Shown: in pieces, positions 10,255 to 18,983 of the stretch | How positions within the stretch are numbered: the stretch's first letter is position 1 | Layout of the letters: each line of letters starts with the position of its first letter | Assembly (NCBI GenBank): GCA_963749655.1 | Contig: CAVVOB010000014.1 | Span: forward strand, 128,001-192,000 | Source: Nitrospirota bacterium | GTDB taxonomy: Bacteria > Nitrospirota > UBA9217 | DNA: 64,000 nucleotides | Direction: 5' to 3' | Made by a program: the position numbers and the translations under genes | Notes under the pieces: generated by a model | What the model saw: only the letters and a program-made list of their open reading frames with translations | Database searches by the model: none | Told to the model about the DNA's origin: nothing

Positions 10255-10857
10255 CTATCCGCGCTGCCCTGCCTTTCTCATTTCATCGAGAACTTTTTCG
10301 AGATTGAACCGCGCCTCTGTAAACCCCGGCAGGAGCCTGAGCGCTGCTTCGTACTCGCTCCTGCTCTTTGCAAACGCTAGTTGCATGAAGAAAAGGTTCC
10401 CGAGATTGTTTCTCCATGCGGCTTCAGCCTGACGGTTCTTTCCTGCTGTCGCCTTGTCGATCTCGATCCGGATAGCGACCTCGAAGTTGTGCAGCGCATC
10501 GCGATAGTTCGGCTGCAGGGCAAGCGCTGCCCGGTACTCCGGCACCGCCTCCGTCCCCCTGCCGAGAATCAGCATCACGTTGCCGATGTTGTAGTGCGTG
10601 ACCGGGTCCAGGGGATCGAGCCGCTCCGCAACCCGGTACTCTCTCAGGGCCTCGACGTTTCTCCGCTCGTCGGAATAGAGCCGGCCGAGGTTGTAATGCG
10701 GCCGCGCCTTGCCCGGGCTTTTTTCGACCGCGTCTTCCCAGAGCCCGGTTGCCGACTGGTAAACCGTGTTTCGTGCAAAGCACACGGCCATGAGCGCGAG
10801 CAGAATGCAGAGTGGAGCGACGACCTGCACTGAACTTGTTTTTTTCAAAGCGTGCAT
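10255..10857 (-). CDS. Membrane-anchored TPR protein
   Basis: TM segment, ARN.VY.S...LWEDAVEKSPGKARPHYNLG, then TPR repeats. Confidence 0.85.
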   Translation of the reverse strand: MHALKKTSSVQVVAPLCILLALMAVCFARNTVYQSATGLWEDAVEKSPGKARPHYNLGRLYSDERRNVEALREYRVAERLDPLDPVTHYNIGNVMLILGRGTEAVPEYRAALALQPNYRDALHNFEVAIRIEIDKATAGKNRQAEAAWRNNLGNLFFMQLAFAKSRSEYEAALRLLPGFTEARFNLEKVLDEMRKAGQRG

Positions 10858-10864
10858 AAGCGCC

Positions 10865-12265
10865 CTACTTTATTGCATAGAGGTTGCCGTCATAGGAACC
10901 GACGTACACAGTCCCGTCAGAACCGATCGCGGGGGAAGATACGACAAAATCTCCCGTTACGTAACTCCACTTGAGCGAACCCGAGGGATTGATTGCATAA
11001 AGCTTTCTGTCAATCGACCCGAGGTAAACAGTTCCGTCCGCGCTGATCGCAGGTGACGACAAGAAGATTTGGTTCCCCGTGGGAAAGCTCCACTTGAGGG
11101 TGCCCGAGGAATTCAGCGCGTACAGTTTGCTGTCCGCAGACGCTATGTACACAGTTCCGTCCGGGCCGATCCCGGGGGAGGAATAGATGACAGACCCCGC
11201 GGGATAGCTCCACTTGAGCGTGCCGGAGGGGTTCAGCGCGTAAAGCTTGTAGTCCTTTGAACCCACGAACAAGGTCCCGTCAGCGCCGATCGCCGGGGGA
11301 CAGACGATGAGATTTCCGGTTACAGAGCTCCACTTGAGCGCGCCCGAGGGATTGATCGCATAAAGTTTCTTGTCATTCGACCCTATATACACGGTTCCGT
11401 CTGCGCCGATCGTCGGGGAGGAATCTATCAGATTCTCCGCGGGATAACTCCATTTGAGCGTACCTGAGGAATTCAGCGCGTAAAGCTTATTGTCCTCCGA
11501 CCCTACATAAATGGTCCCGTCTGCCCCGATTGCAGGGGAAGAGTAGACTGCACTCCCCGTTGGATAGCTCCACTTGAGGGTGCCGGAGGGATTGATCGCA
11601 TACAGTTTAAAGTCCTCCGACCCTACATACACCGTCCCATCCGCGCCGATCGCAGGGGAGGACTCGACTTTATTCCCTGTGAGGTAGCTCCACTCGATCG
11701 TGCCAGAGGGATTGATCGCATAAAGCTTAGAGTCATCCGATCCTACGTACACGGTCCCATCCGCGCCGATCGCGGGAGAGGACCAGATTTTGCTCCCCGT
11801 TGGGTAGCTCCACAAGAGCGATCCGGTCGCGCTCGAAACAACGGGGCTGAGACCGGTCCCCTGAGCATCGCGCCGGAACTTCGGCCACGGGCTTTCGCTT
11901 GTCACGGTTATGTCCGTGCTAAGCGACGCGGTCTCGGCACCCGTGCTCACGACCAGTCCGACCGTGTATCTGCCCGGGATACCCGGCGACGTCCATGTCT
12001 CGCTGCTTGCTGTGCCCGCTTCGATTCCACCCACGGTCCAGCCGTAACTCGCAGTCGAACCCGCCGGGACGGAGACCGATGCGGACAGGTTCGCCGTGGT
12101 CACGACCGGCTGGGGCGTGACCGTGACGCTGCTGATCGTAAACGCAGCCGGTGGTGTATCGGTCGGCGTACCACCGACTCCCCCTCCCCCGCCTCCGCCA
12201 CACCCTGTTAAAAACAAAATGCATAGAACGACTGCCCATGAAATCGAAAAATGTCGGCTCTTCAT
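10865..12265 (-). CDS. PQQ-like 8-blade beta-propeller repeat lipoprotein (paralogue of 8672-10063)
   Basis: LTGC-GGGGGGG lipobox, same N-terminal domain, eight WS..SSPAIG.DGT repeats. Confidence 0.9.
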   Translation of the reverse strand: MKSRHFSISWAVVLCILFLTGCGGGGGGGVGGTPTDTPPAAFTISSVTVTPQPVVTTANLSASVSVPAGSTASYGWTVGGIEAGTASSETWTSPGIPGRYTVGLVVSTGAETASLSTDITVTSESPWPKFRRDAQGTGLSPVVSSATGSLLWSYPTGSKIWSSPAIGADGTVYVGSDDSKLYAINPSGTIEWSYLTGNKVESSPAIGADGTVYVGSEDFKLYAINPSGTLKWSYPTGSAVYSSPAIGADGTIYVGSEDNKLYALNSSGTLKWSYPAENLIDSSPTIGADGTVYIGSNDKKLYAINPSGALKWSSVTGNLIVCPPAIGADGTLFVGSKDYKLYALNPSGTLKWSYPAGSVIYSSPGIGPDGTVYIASADSKLYALNSSGTLKWSFPTGNQIFLSSPAISADGTVYLGSIDRKLYAINPSGSLKWSYVTGDFVVSSPAIGSDGTVYVGSYDGNLYAIK

Positions 12266-12337
12266 AGCTGTTTTCTCCTTCAGAAAAGAAAATCCTTCTA
12301 TTTTATTTCATAAAGGTTGCCGTCAGGACTTGGTCCG

Positions 12338-14467
12338 CTACCAGAGCGCTATGCCGAACGGCATATCCAGCCCGGTGTTCGTACCCGAAATCGTGCGCAC
12401 AGGCGCGACATCGCCGTTGTCGGTCCTGTTGTAGACGGTGATCGAATTATTGTTGAAATTGGACACGAATAGCAGGTCGTTCGCCAGGTCCAGGGCTATG
12501 CCCCGCGGCATGTCCAGACCGGTACTCGCGCCGTAGATCTCCCGCACAGGCGCGACATCGCCCGTGTCGGTTATTCCATAGACCGTGATCGAGGTGCTTG
12601 CCAGGTCGGCGACCAGGATCTGGTTATTTACCGTGTCCACGGCTATGCCCGATGGATAGCTCAAGCCGGTGCTTGCGCCCGAGATGAATCGGACGGGTGC
12701 GATATCGCCGTTGTCGGTCCTGTGGTAGACGGTGATCGAACCGGGGTTGTGATTTGTCACGAAGATCTCGTTGTTCACCGGGTCCAGGGCGATGGCGGTC
12801 GCGCCGCTCAGGCTTGTGGTCGGTCCTGAGATGATCCGCGCAGGCGCAAGGTCGCCGCTGTCCGTCCTACCGTAGACGGTGATCGCGTGGCTGCCCTGGT
12901 TTGCCACGAAGATCTGGTCATGCACCGTGTCCACGGCTATGCCGGCCGGGTCGCTCAGACTGGTAGTCGGGCCTGAAATGGTCTGGACGGGACCGGCATT
13001 GCTTCCATCCGTCCTGCTGTAGACCGTGATCGCATTGTTCGAGTTGGTAACGAAGACCTGGTCATTCGCCGGGTCCACGGCAATTCCCGAGGGGTAGCCC
13101 AAACCGGAGCTTGTGCCTGAAATGGTCCGCGCGGGCGCGATATCGCCGGTGTCGGTCCTGTTGTAGCCGGTGATCGAGCTGCTGTAGAAGTTTGACGCGA
13201 AGATCTGATTCTGTATCGTGTCCAGAGCAATGCCGAGTGGGCCGTCCAGGCCCGTGCTTGGGCCCGCGATGAATCGCGCAGGCGCTACATCGCCGTTGTC
13301 GGTCCTGCCGAAGACGGCGATCGAGTTGCTGGAAACGTTGGTCACGAAGAGCTGGTTGTTGGCCGTATCCACGGCAATGCCGGCCGGGCCGTTCAGGCTT
13401 GTGGTAACGCCGGAAATGATCCGCGCGGGCGCGATATTGCCGTTGTCCGTCCTGTTGTACACGGTGATCGCGCTGCTGTAGCCGTTCGTTACGAAGATCT
13501 GATTGTTCACCGTATCCACGGCAAGGCCGCCCGGTCCGTTCAGGCTCGTGGTGGCTCCGGAAATGATCCGCACAGGCGCGACATCGCCGTTGTCCGTCCT
13601 GTTGTACACGGTGATCGCGCTGCTGTTGGAATTCGTTACAAAGAGCTGATTGTTCGCCGTGTCCACGGCTATGCCGCCCGGTCCGTTCAGGCTTGTAGTA
13701 GCTCCGGAAATGAACCGCACAGGCGCGACATCGCCGTTGTCCGTCCTGTTGTATACGGTGATCGAGTTGTTCACGTTGGCCACGAAGATCTGGTTGTTCA
13801 CCGTGTCCACGGCGATGCCGGCCGGTCCGTTCAAACTGGTGGTCGGGCCCGAGATGGTCCGCAGGGGCGCGATATTGCCCGTGCCCGTTCCGCTGTATAC
13901 GGTGATCGTGCTCTTGATGTAATTCGCCACAAAGAGCTGGTTGTTCACCGTGTCCACGGCTATGCCGAGGGGGTAGGATACGCCGGTCACGCTACCGAGT
14001 TTTCTCAAGGCATTCACATTCCCGCCCTGGGACGCGTCGAACACGGCAACCGTATTGTTATAGTAATTGGCCGTAAAAAGCTCTCGCGGCGGCCCGGCGA
14101 CCGTCACGGTATACCGTGCTGCCGAGCCGTCCGCCGCCGTTATCGTGTATGCCACGGGAGCGGTAAAGTCGTTCGCCGTGGCGCCGCTCGTCTGAACAGC
14201 ATTCCCCACCAAGACCGACGCGCCGCTCGTGGCGAAAGAGGCTACGAGCGCAGTCACGTTCGTTCCGCAGGGCACGGCGACGGCGATCGTCTTTGCGTTC
14301 TCATCGATGACCCCGGTTGCAGTGGGCTTCGTGAACGAGAACGCAGTCAGGGCCTTGGCATCGGAAGCCGGAGTTCCGCTGCCGTTGCCGCCGCCCTTGC
14401 CGCAACCCGGAAGCGCAAGGGACATTGCGAGAATAAGGACCAGGCCGCAGACAGAAGAATATCTCAT
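12338..14467 (-). CDS. NHL/YncE-type beta-propeller repeat lipoprotein with N-terminal Ig-like (DUF5018-like) domain
   Basis: LPGC lipobox; K.LT.FSF...NDFT.PV.YT.TAADGS domain; about 12 repeats of ~49 aa (GIAVD..NNQ.FV.N...ITVY.RTD.GD.AP.R.ISG..T.L..P). Confidence 0.88.
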   Translation of the reverse strand: MRYSSVCGLVLILAMSLALPGCGKGGGNGSGTPASDAKALTAFSFTKPTATGVIDENAKTIAVAVPCGTNVTALVASFATSGASVLVGNAVQTSGATANDFTAPVAYTITAADGSAARYTVTVAGPPRELFTANYYNNTVAVFDASQGGNVNALRKLGSVTGVSYPLGIAVDTVNNQLFVANYIKSTITVYSGTGTGNIAPLRTISGPTTSLNGPAGIAVDTVNNQIFVANVNNSITVYNRTDNGDVAPVRFISGATTSLNGPGGIAVDTANNQLFVTNSNSSAITVYNRTDNGDVAPVRIISGATTSLNGPGGLAVDTVNNQIFVTNGYSSAITVYNRTDNGNIAPARIISGVTTSLNGPAGIAVDTANNQLFVTNVSSNSIAVFGRTDNGDVAPARFIAGPSTGLDGPLGIALDTIQNQIFASNFYSSSITGYNRTDTGDIAPARTISGTSSGLGYPSGIAVDPANDQVFVTNSNNAITVYSRTDGSNAGPVQTISGPTTSLSDPAGIAVDTVHDQIFVANQGSHAITVYGRTDSGDLAPARIISGPTTSLSGATAIALDPVNNEIFVTNHNPGSITVYHRTDNGDIAPVRFISGASTGLSYPSGIAVDTVNNQILVADLASTSITVYGITDTGDVAPVREIYGASTGLDMPRGIALDLANDLLFVSNFNNNSITVYNRTDNGDVAPVRTISGTNTGLDMPFGIALW

Positions 14468-14538
14468 CGTTCCCTCCTAATGGTTATATCGCGTCACGGC
14501 CGCGTATGCGTCCGAAAACCCCACAACAACGATCCCTG

Positions 14539-14772
14539 TTATGAGGAGCCTGATCGCTGCTTTTTCAGTTTCTTCCCGAGGAACAGTGCCGCGGTCCCGA
14601 GAGCGGCTGACGAGAGGGCTATTATTCCGAGGATCTCTACATCGGCGAAAAGGAGACCGGGGCCGGAGCGCGTCCGCTCTAAAAGGGACTGCAGAGACGC
14701 GAAACCGGAAAGCATCGCGATGATCACGAGGACGACGCCGACACCGGTCAACAGGTTAGCTAAAATTTGCAT
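14539..14772 (-). CDS. Small two-TM hypothetical protein
   Basis: Two hydrophobic helices and a basic C-terminus; co-oriented with neighbours. Confidence 0.55.
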   Translation of the reverse strand: MQILANLLTGVGVVLVIIAMLSGFASLQSLLERTRSGPGLLFADVEILGIIALSSAALGTAALFLGKKLKKQRSGSS

Positions 14773-14832
14773 AAGGTATCGAGGACATTATAGCATAGCA
14801 ATAGCGCACGCCGGATTGTGCAAACGCGGAAA

Positions 14833-15276
14833 TTACGGGCATGCTCCCTTGGCGGCGGTAAAGGTATCTGTCCCGTTGCACGATCCATTACTATACGAGG
14901 TAGAGCCGGAGCCGTGCGTGGCGTCCGAGAACGTAAAGTTTGTCGTCGTCGTAAAACCGAAATTTGTCCCTGTAACAGAAGCCGTGCTGCCGCAAATGGT
15001 GCCTGAATAAGACCCCCCATTCGACGAGCCGGTTAGCGTGTTTCCGCTTTGCGTGAACACAGCGTCATAGGGAGTAGTATTGGTGTTCCCGCAGTTGCTG
15101 TTTATGTTGGTGATGCTGATGCACCAGGTTCCTGTAGCGTCCAGAGCAGGAGCGGCGCATTCCGACGAGCTTGAGCCTCCGCCTCCCCCGCAGCTGGTGA
15201 AGACAGTCACACTGATTGCGGCGATCACGACAATCAAACAGAACAGTACCCTGACCCTGGCATGCTTCTTTCTCAT
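14833..15276 (-). CDS. Hypothetical Ser/Thr/Gly-rich lipoprotein
   Basis: MRKK..hydrophobic..FTSC-GGGGG lipobox; beta-strand-rich mature part with six further Cys. Confidence 0.75.
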   Translation of the reverse strand: MRKKHARVRVLFCLIVVIAAISVTVFTSCGGGGGSSSSECAAPALDATGTWCISITNINSNCGNTNTTPYDAVFTQSGNTLTGSSNGGSYSGTICGSTASVTGTNFGFTTTTNFTFSDATHGSGSTSYSNGSCNGTDTFTAAKGACP

Positions 15277-15375
15277 AGTTCCCCCGTATACCCGTATTTG
15301 ACGCATATTGTTTTTGCCACTGTTTGTAAGTTTTCCGACAAAACCGCTTTCCCTCGTAGCTCAAGTTGGTAGTTG

Positions 15376-15484
15376 GTAGGTCGGGTAGAGCAAAGCGAAA
15401 CCCGACACTTTGCTATTCATTACATCTGCAAATAATCCAGCTTACAGCGTCGGGTTTCACAGAAAACCGTTCTACCCGACCTAC
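15376..15484. repeat. GTAG-type REP doublet (REPIN-like)
   Basis: GTAGGTCGGGTAGA...AAACCCGAC and inverted GTCGGGTTT...TCTACCCGACCTAC. Confidence 0.75.
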
Positions 15485-15535
15485 CCGGCTGCCGGGGCAT
15501 AAGATGGAAACGCAGGTTGCCGTTGAAGGCGGCAT

Positions 15536-15808
15536 CTATTTCTTTATCCTCTTTTTCCCAATTTTGAAGACCTCTATATCCTTCGGGAATTGGCCCCACT
15601 TATTAAAATCAGCATCAGTCATTCTGGCGTATTCAGCTGTTTTTATTGTCCGCGCGTTCCAGGCAAAATTAAGATGGTGATATGCGTGCTGGAGATTGAG
15701 ATAGATCTCGGCCTCATCAGGATAATCTTTCTTTTCGATTCGTTTTTCAATCTCCGCAATCTGTTCCCGGGCTTCCCGAAGATTGCCTGCTATAACTTTC
15801 CAATTCAT
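15536..15808 (-). CDS. Hypothetical protein, 90 aa, AT-rich
   Basis: Clean ORF with purine-rich RBS; HAYHHLNFAWN motif. Confidence 0.65.
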   Translation of the reverse strand: MNWKVIAGNLREAREQIAEIEKRIEKKDYPDEAEIYLNLQHAYHHLNFAWNARTIKTAEYARMTDADFNKWGQFPKDIEVFKIGKKRIKK

Positions 15809-15851
15809 GCTCTTCCCCTTTTGCTCTTGTGGCTGTTAGTCCTGCTTCCAA

Positions 15852-16610
15852 CTACGGCAGAATCGCTACGACCCGCGCAGGTCCGGCGCTGCCGCCTGCA
15901 ATCTTGAGCGGGAAGCAGGAAACCTTGAACCCCTGTGGCGGCAGCGCGCCCAGGTTCACCAGCCGCTCCATATGGGCGTAGGGCAGATCAACCTGATGGG
16001 CAGTCCAGAAGGTTCCTGCCCGGCCGCTTGCCAACGCTTCTTTCGCCTGTTGATCCAGGGGCTGGTCCCAGCCCCAGGCATCGATCCCCATAACGCGGAT
16101 GCCCTGGTCATAGAGCCATCGGGTTGCTTCAGGCGTGACCCCGCAGCCGCGGAAAATATAATCAGGCTGTACGTAGCAGCTGTCGCGTCCCGTCCGCACT
16201 AGGACGATGTCGAGCGGTTTCAGTGTACAGCCGATGCGCGCCAGTTCCTGCTCCGCGTCGCTCCTGCTCATCGCGTCGCCGTCGGCCTTGTGCGACATAT
16301 CCAGGACAACCCCGTCGCTGTAGAACCAGTCCAGGGGCAGCTCGTCGATCGTCGCTGCGCGCTGTCCCTGGATCGTGCTGTTGTAATGCCAGGGCGCGTC
16401 GACATGGGTGGTGTCGTGCGTCCCCAGGTTGGTTATGGTCTCGGTCGCCCAGCCTTCGCTGTTGCGAAAGACCGAGGAAGGCACCTTGAGGATCGCCTGC
16501 GCCTGGGCAGCGCCGGCAGCATGAGAATGATAGGCGATGTCCGTGCGCAGGAAGGGAGGCGTGCCTTCGGGACTTGGTTTGATCAGGGCGGACAGATCAA
16601 CGAGTTTCAC
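15852..16610 (-). CDS. Cyclase family (kynurenine formamidase-like) metal hydrolase
   Basis: GTG start after GGAG; HDTTHVDAPWH, MGIDAWGWD, E.L.NL..LP, GPARVVA motifs. Confidence 0.88.
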   Translation of the reverse strand: MKLVDLSALIKPSPEGTPPFLRTDIAYHSHAAGAAQAQAILKVPSSVFRNSEGWATETITNLGTHDTTHVDAPWHYNSTIQGQRAATIDELPLDWFYSDGVVLDMSHKADGDAMSRSDAEQELARIGCTLKPLDIVLVRTGRDSCYVQPDYIFRGCGVTPEATRWLYDQGIRVMGIDAWGWDQPLDQQAKEALASGRAGTFWTAHQVDLPYAHMERLVNLGALPPQGFKVSCFPLKIAGGSAGPARVVAILP

Positions 16611-16696
16611 AGGATAGGTTCTCCTTTTATAATGGTCCCTCTCCAAATCAAGTGGGTAAAATAAACTCTTTTTTGCACATCCCCTTCGCGGCCTTA

Positions 16697-17047
16697 ATGA
16701 AAATTTTGACCCGTCTAAGGCCACGTCAGCTCGCCCGCGCAAACTCGTCCTTCGGCCTCAGACAGTGCGCGGCGCCCTTCGGGACACTTCCTTAGACCTT
16801 GACGGGTGCCCAAAATTTTCATAGGTCCGTTCCGGGGACGTGCGGGGTATGGGTAAAGATGGAAGCTTTTGAACCACCCCATGCGAAAATTTAGGCATGC
16901 GACCGAGTCCGAGAGTTAAGCATTTCGGACTGTCTGAGCCCGCAGGGCGAGTTTCCGAAATGTACCGAGGACGACCGAGCATGCTGTGAAGAATTTTCGC
17001 CGGGTGCCATTCTTTGGTTACTTTCTTCGGGCAAGCAAGAAAGTAAC
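16697..17047. repeat. Composite structured intergenic element: two related long hairpins in opposite orientation plus a GTTACTTTCTT/AAGAAAGTAAC hairpin
   Basis: Hairpins at 16697-16822 and 16883-17000 share an inverted 26-nt core; third hairpin at 17017-17047. Confidence 0.65.
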
Positions 17048-17077
17048 ATGACCCACTTATTATGAAGAAGAACCTTA

Positions 17078-18046
17078 TTAATTATGCTTCACCGTAATCA
17101 CGACATTTCCGGTTTTCTGGCCTTGCTCGACGTATTTCGTTGCCTCGATGATTTGCTCCAGGGGATAACGCCTGTCGATAACGGCTTTATACTTCCCCTC
17201 TTCGATGATCTTCTTGAAAAAGAGCACGTCATCCTTGCTTTCTTTCGGGATCGGCAGCATGAGCCTCCTCTTGCCGAATTTTGCGGTCACCAGTATAAAG
17301 AAAACGTTCTGCCATAGAAATCCCAGGTCGGTCACAAGATAGATTCCGCCCGGCTTGAGAGAATTTTTACAGCGCAGATAGGAAGTCTTGCCTACAGCAT
17401 CGAAAATAATGTCGTACACTTGGCCATTCTTCGCAAAATCCACTTTTGTGTAATCAATGACCCTGTCGGCTCCCAGGGATTTCACGATCGCCACATTCCG
17501 TGTATTGCACACAGCCGTAACATCTGCTCCATAGTACTTGGCAAGCTGGACGCCTGCAGTGCCGATCGACCCTGATGCCCCATAGATCAGGATCGTTTGC
17601 CCGCTCCGGATATTCGCCTTCCGCAGGTTGGTCAATGCAAGCATTGCCCCATCGCAGACTGCGGCAGCTTCCTCAAAGGTCATGTTGACCGGCTTTAATG
17701 CAATGGCCCCCTCTTCAGGCAGGCACAAATACTCGGCATGGGCTCCAAAATTGTCGCCCGTCAGTCCGAATACCTGGTCGCCTTTTTTGAAGGACTTGAC
17801 GTCTTTGCCCACTGCTTCAAGTTCGCCGGAGAACTCGCTCCCGAGGATGTTCATTTTCGGCCTTGTGAGGCCGCAGAAAAACCTCACGATGAAGGGATCG
17901 GCCTTCCGAACGCCGCAATCCCCACGGGTTTCCGTTGTGGCATGAACTTTTATCAGGACTTCATTGTCCCGTGGAGAAGGCTTCTCGACTTCTTTTATCT
18001 GAAGCACATCCGGCGGTCCGTATTTTTCGCAGACGATCGCTTTCAT
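17078..18046 (-). CDS. NAD(P)-dependent MDR-family oxidoreductase (alcohol dehydrogenase/quinone reductase-like)
   Basis: MKAIV...YGPPDVL, GASGSIG nucleotide-binding motif, DIIFDAVG, VIDRRYPL, GNVVI. Confidence 0.9.
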   Translation of the reverse strand: MKAIVCEKYGPPDVLQIKEVEKPSPRDNEVLIKVHATTETRGDCGVRKADPFIVRFFCGLTRPKMNILGSEFSGELEAVGKDVKSFKKGDQVFGLTGDNFGAHAEYLCLPEEGAIALKPVNMTFEEAAAVCDGAMLALTNLRKANIRSGQTILIYGASGSIGTAGVQLAKYYGADVTAVCNTRNVAIVKSLGADRVIDYTKVDFAKNGQVYDIIFDAVGKTSYLRCKNSLKPGGIYLVTDLGFLWQNVFFILVTAKFGKRRLMLPIPKESKDDVLFFKKIIEEGKYKAVIDRRYPLEQIIEATKYVEQGQKTGNVVITVKHN

Positions 18047-18087
18047 GGGTATCCTCCCGCTTGTCATGAAGCATCATGCTTTGCCAT

Positions 18088-18819
18088 TCAGGCAGATCCA
18101 AAAGAAGGATTGTCCGACTGTTGAGCGTTCAAGCCTTTTACCAAAAGCCATAGACCAAGTATCAGTTCCAGGAGGATGCTCGGCGTGAAGCAAATGGTTT
18201 GAATCATCATTTTCGCTGCATAGCCCGGCGCTAGAATCATTATTAAAGCATAAATTAAGACGAGTACATAGGAAAGAATACCGAAGCCTGTCAGGTTTCT
18301 CGGAACGTATCGTGACTTGAAAAATAGATACAGGAATATAGTGGAATTCAGCCCGTGAAATACCAGCCCAACGGCACCTACATAGAAATACAAGTTAACA
18401 AACAGTCCGACAAGGGCCTGTATCTGATCCGGCGCAAATACCGTCAAAGCAGCCCGTTCGTTCAGCATCAGCAAAGCAATGAAATGGCCGAGGGCGATGA
18501 CAGCCAACAGGATGGCTTCTGTCATTTTGAAGCAAAAGGCAAGCAACGCGAGATTCTTGTTTACTGGTTTGAGGATTATATAGAGGGTGAGGCCGAATAC
18601 TGCGGCAAGGACAGATATGATCAGCTCGCTGACAATGCCGATGCGAAACAGCAATTCATCGGCCATGATATTTCCGGCTGTGGCTATGGCATTTCCCGTT
18701 GCCATAAACTTGGAGAGCAGCAGGAAATTGATTGTCGGGAGTATAAAGGTACAGAGAAACAGGAGGCCCGCGACCCTGGCAATGCTGTTTAGAGATGGAT
18801 TTGCGCTATGGTAATTCAT
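18088..18819 (-). CDS. DUF4386 family membrane protein
   Basis: ARVAGLL.L, TA.NI...E.LFRIG, LY.ILKPVN, SRYVPR, EL.LGLWLLVKG. Confidence 0.85.
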   Translation of the reverse strand: MNYHSANPSLNSIARVAGLLFLCTFILPTINFLLLSKFMATGNAIATAGNIMADELLFRIGIVSELIISVLAAVFGLTLYIILKPVNKNLALLAFCFKMTEAILLAVIALGHFIALLMLNERAALTVFAPDQIQALVGLFVNLYFYVGAVGLVFHGLNSTIFLYLFFKSRYVPRNLTGFGILSYVLVLIYALIMILAPGYAAKMMIQTICFTPSILLELILGLWLLVKGLNAQQSDNPSFGSA

Positions 18820-18861
18820 TGCAGGACCTCCATCGGTTTAATAGAGTCTTGTTGTGGAATC

Positions 18862-18920
18862 TATGAACGCGGCGCTGATGCGCCGACCCTGGCGCGTCGC
18901 AGTCCAGCGTCAGGTTGGAA
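18862..18920 (-). other. attC-like recombination site (degenerate)
   Basis: Minus strand TTCCAAC-ctgac-GCTGGA...gcgcc-loop-ggcgc..TCAGC-gccgc-GTT: AAC/GTT ends and L-box-like pairing, ~65 bp downstream of the ATPase stop. Confidence 0.4.
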
Positions 18921-18983
18921 GTCGAGCATAGACTCTGGTCCAAGTGTCTTTGTCAGTAACTGAAATCCAACTACAAAGACATA

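Noticed and set aside
8672-14467. Regularly spaced DNA repeats as a CRISPR array or DGR template/variable pair
   Set aside because: The repeats are in-frame protein blades of ~120/147 bp. There are no cas or reverse transcriptase genes, and I saw no non-coding template copy.
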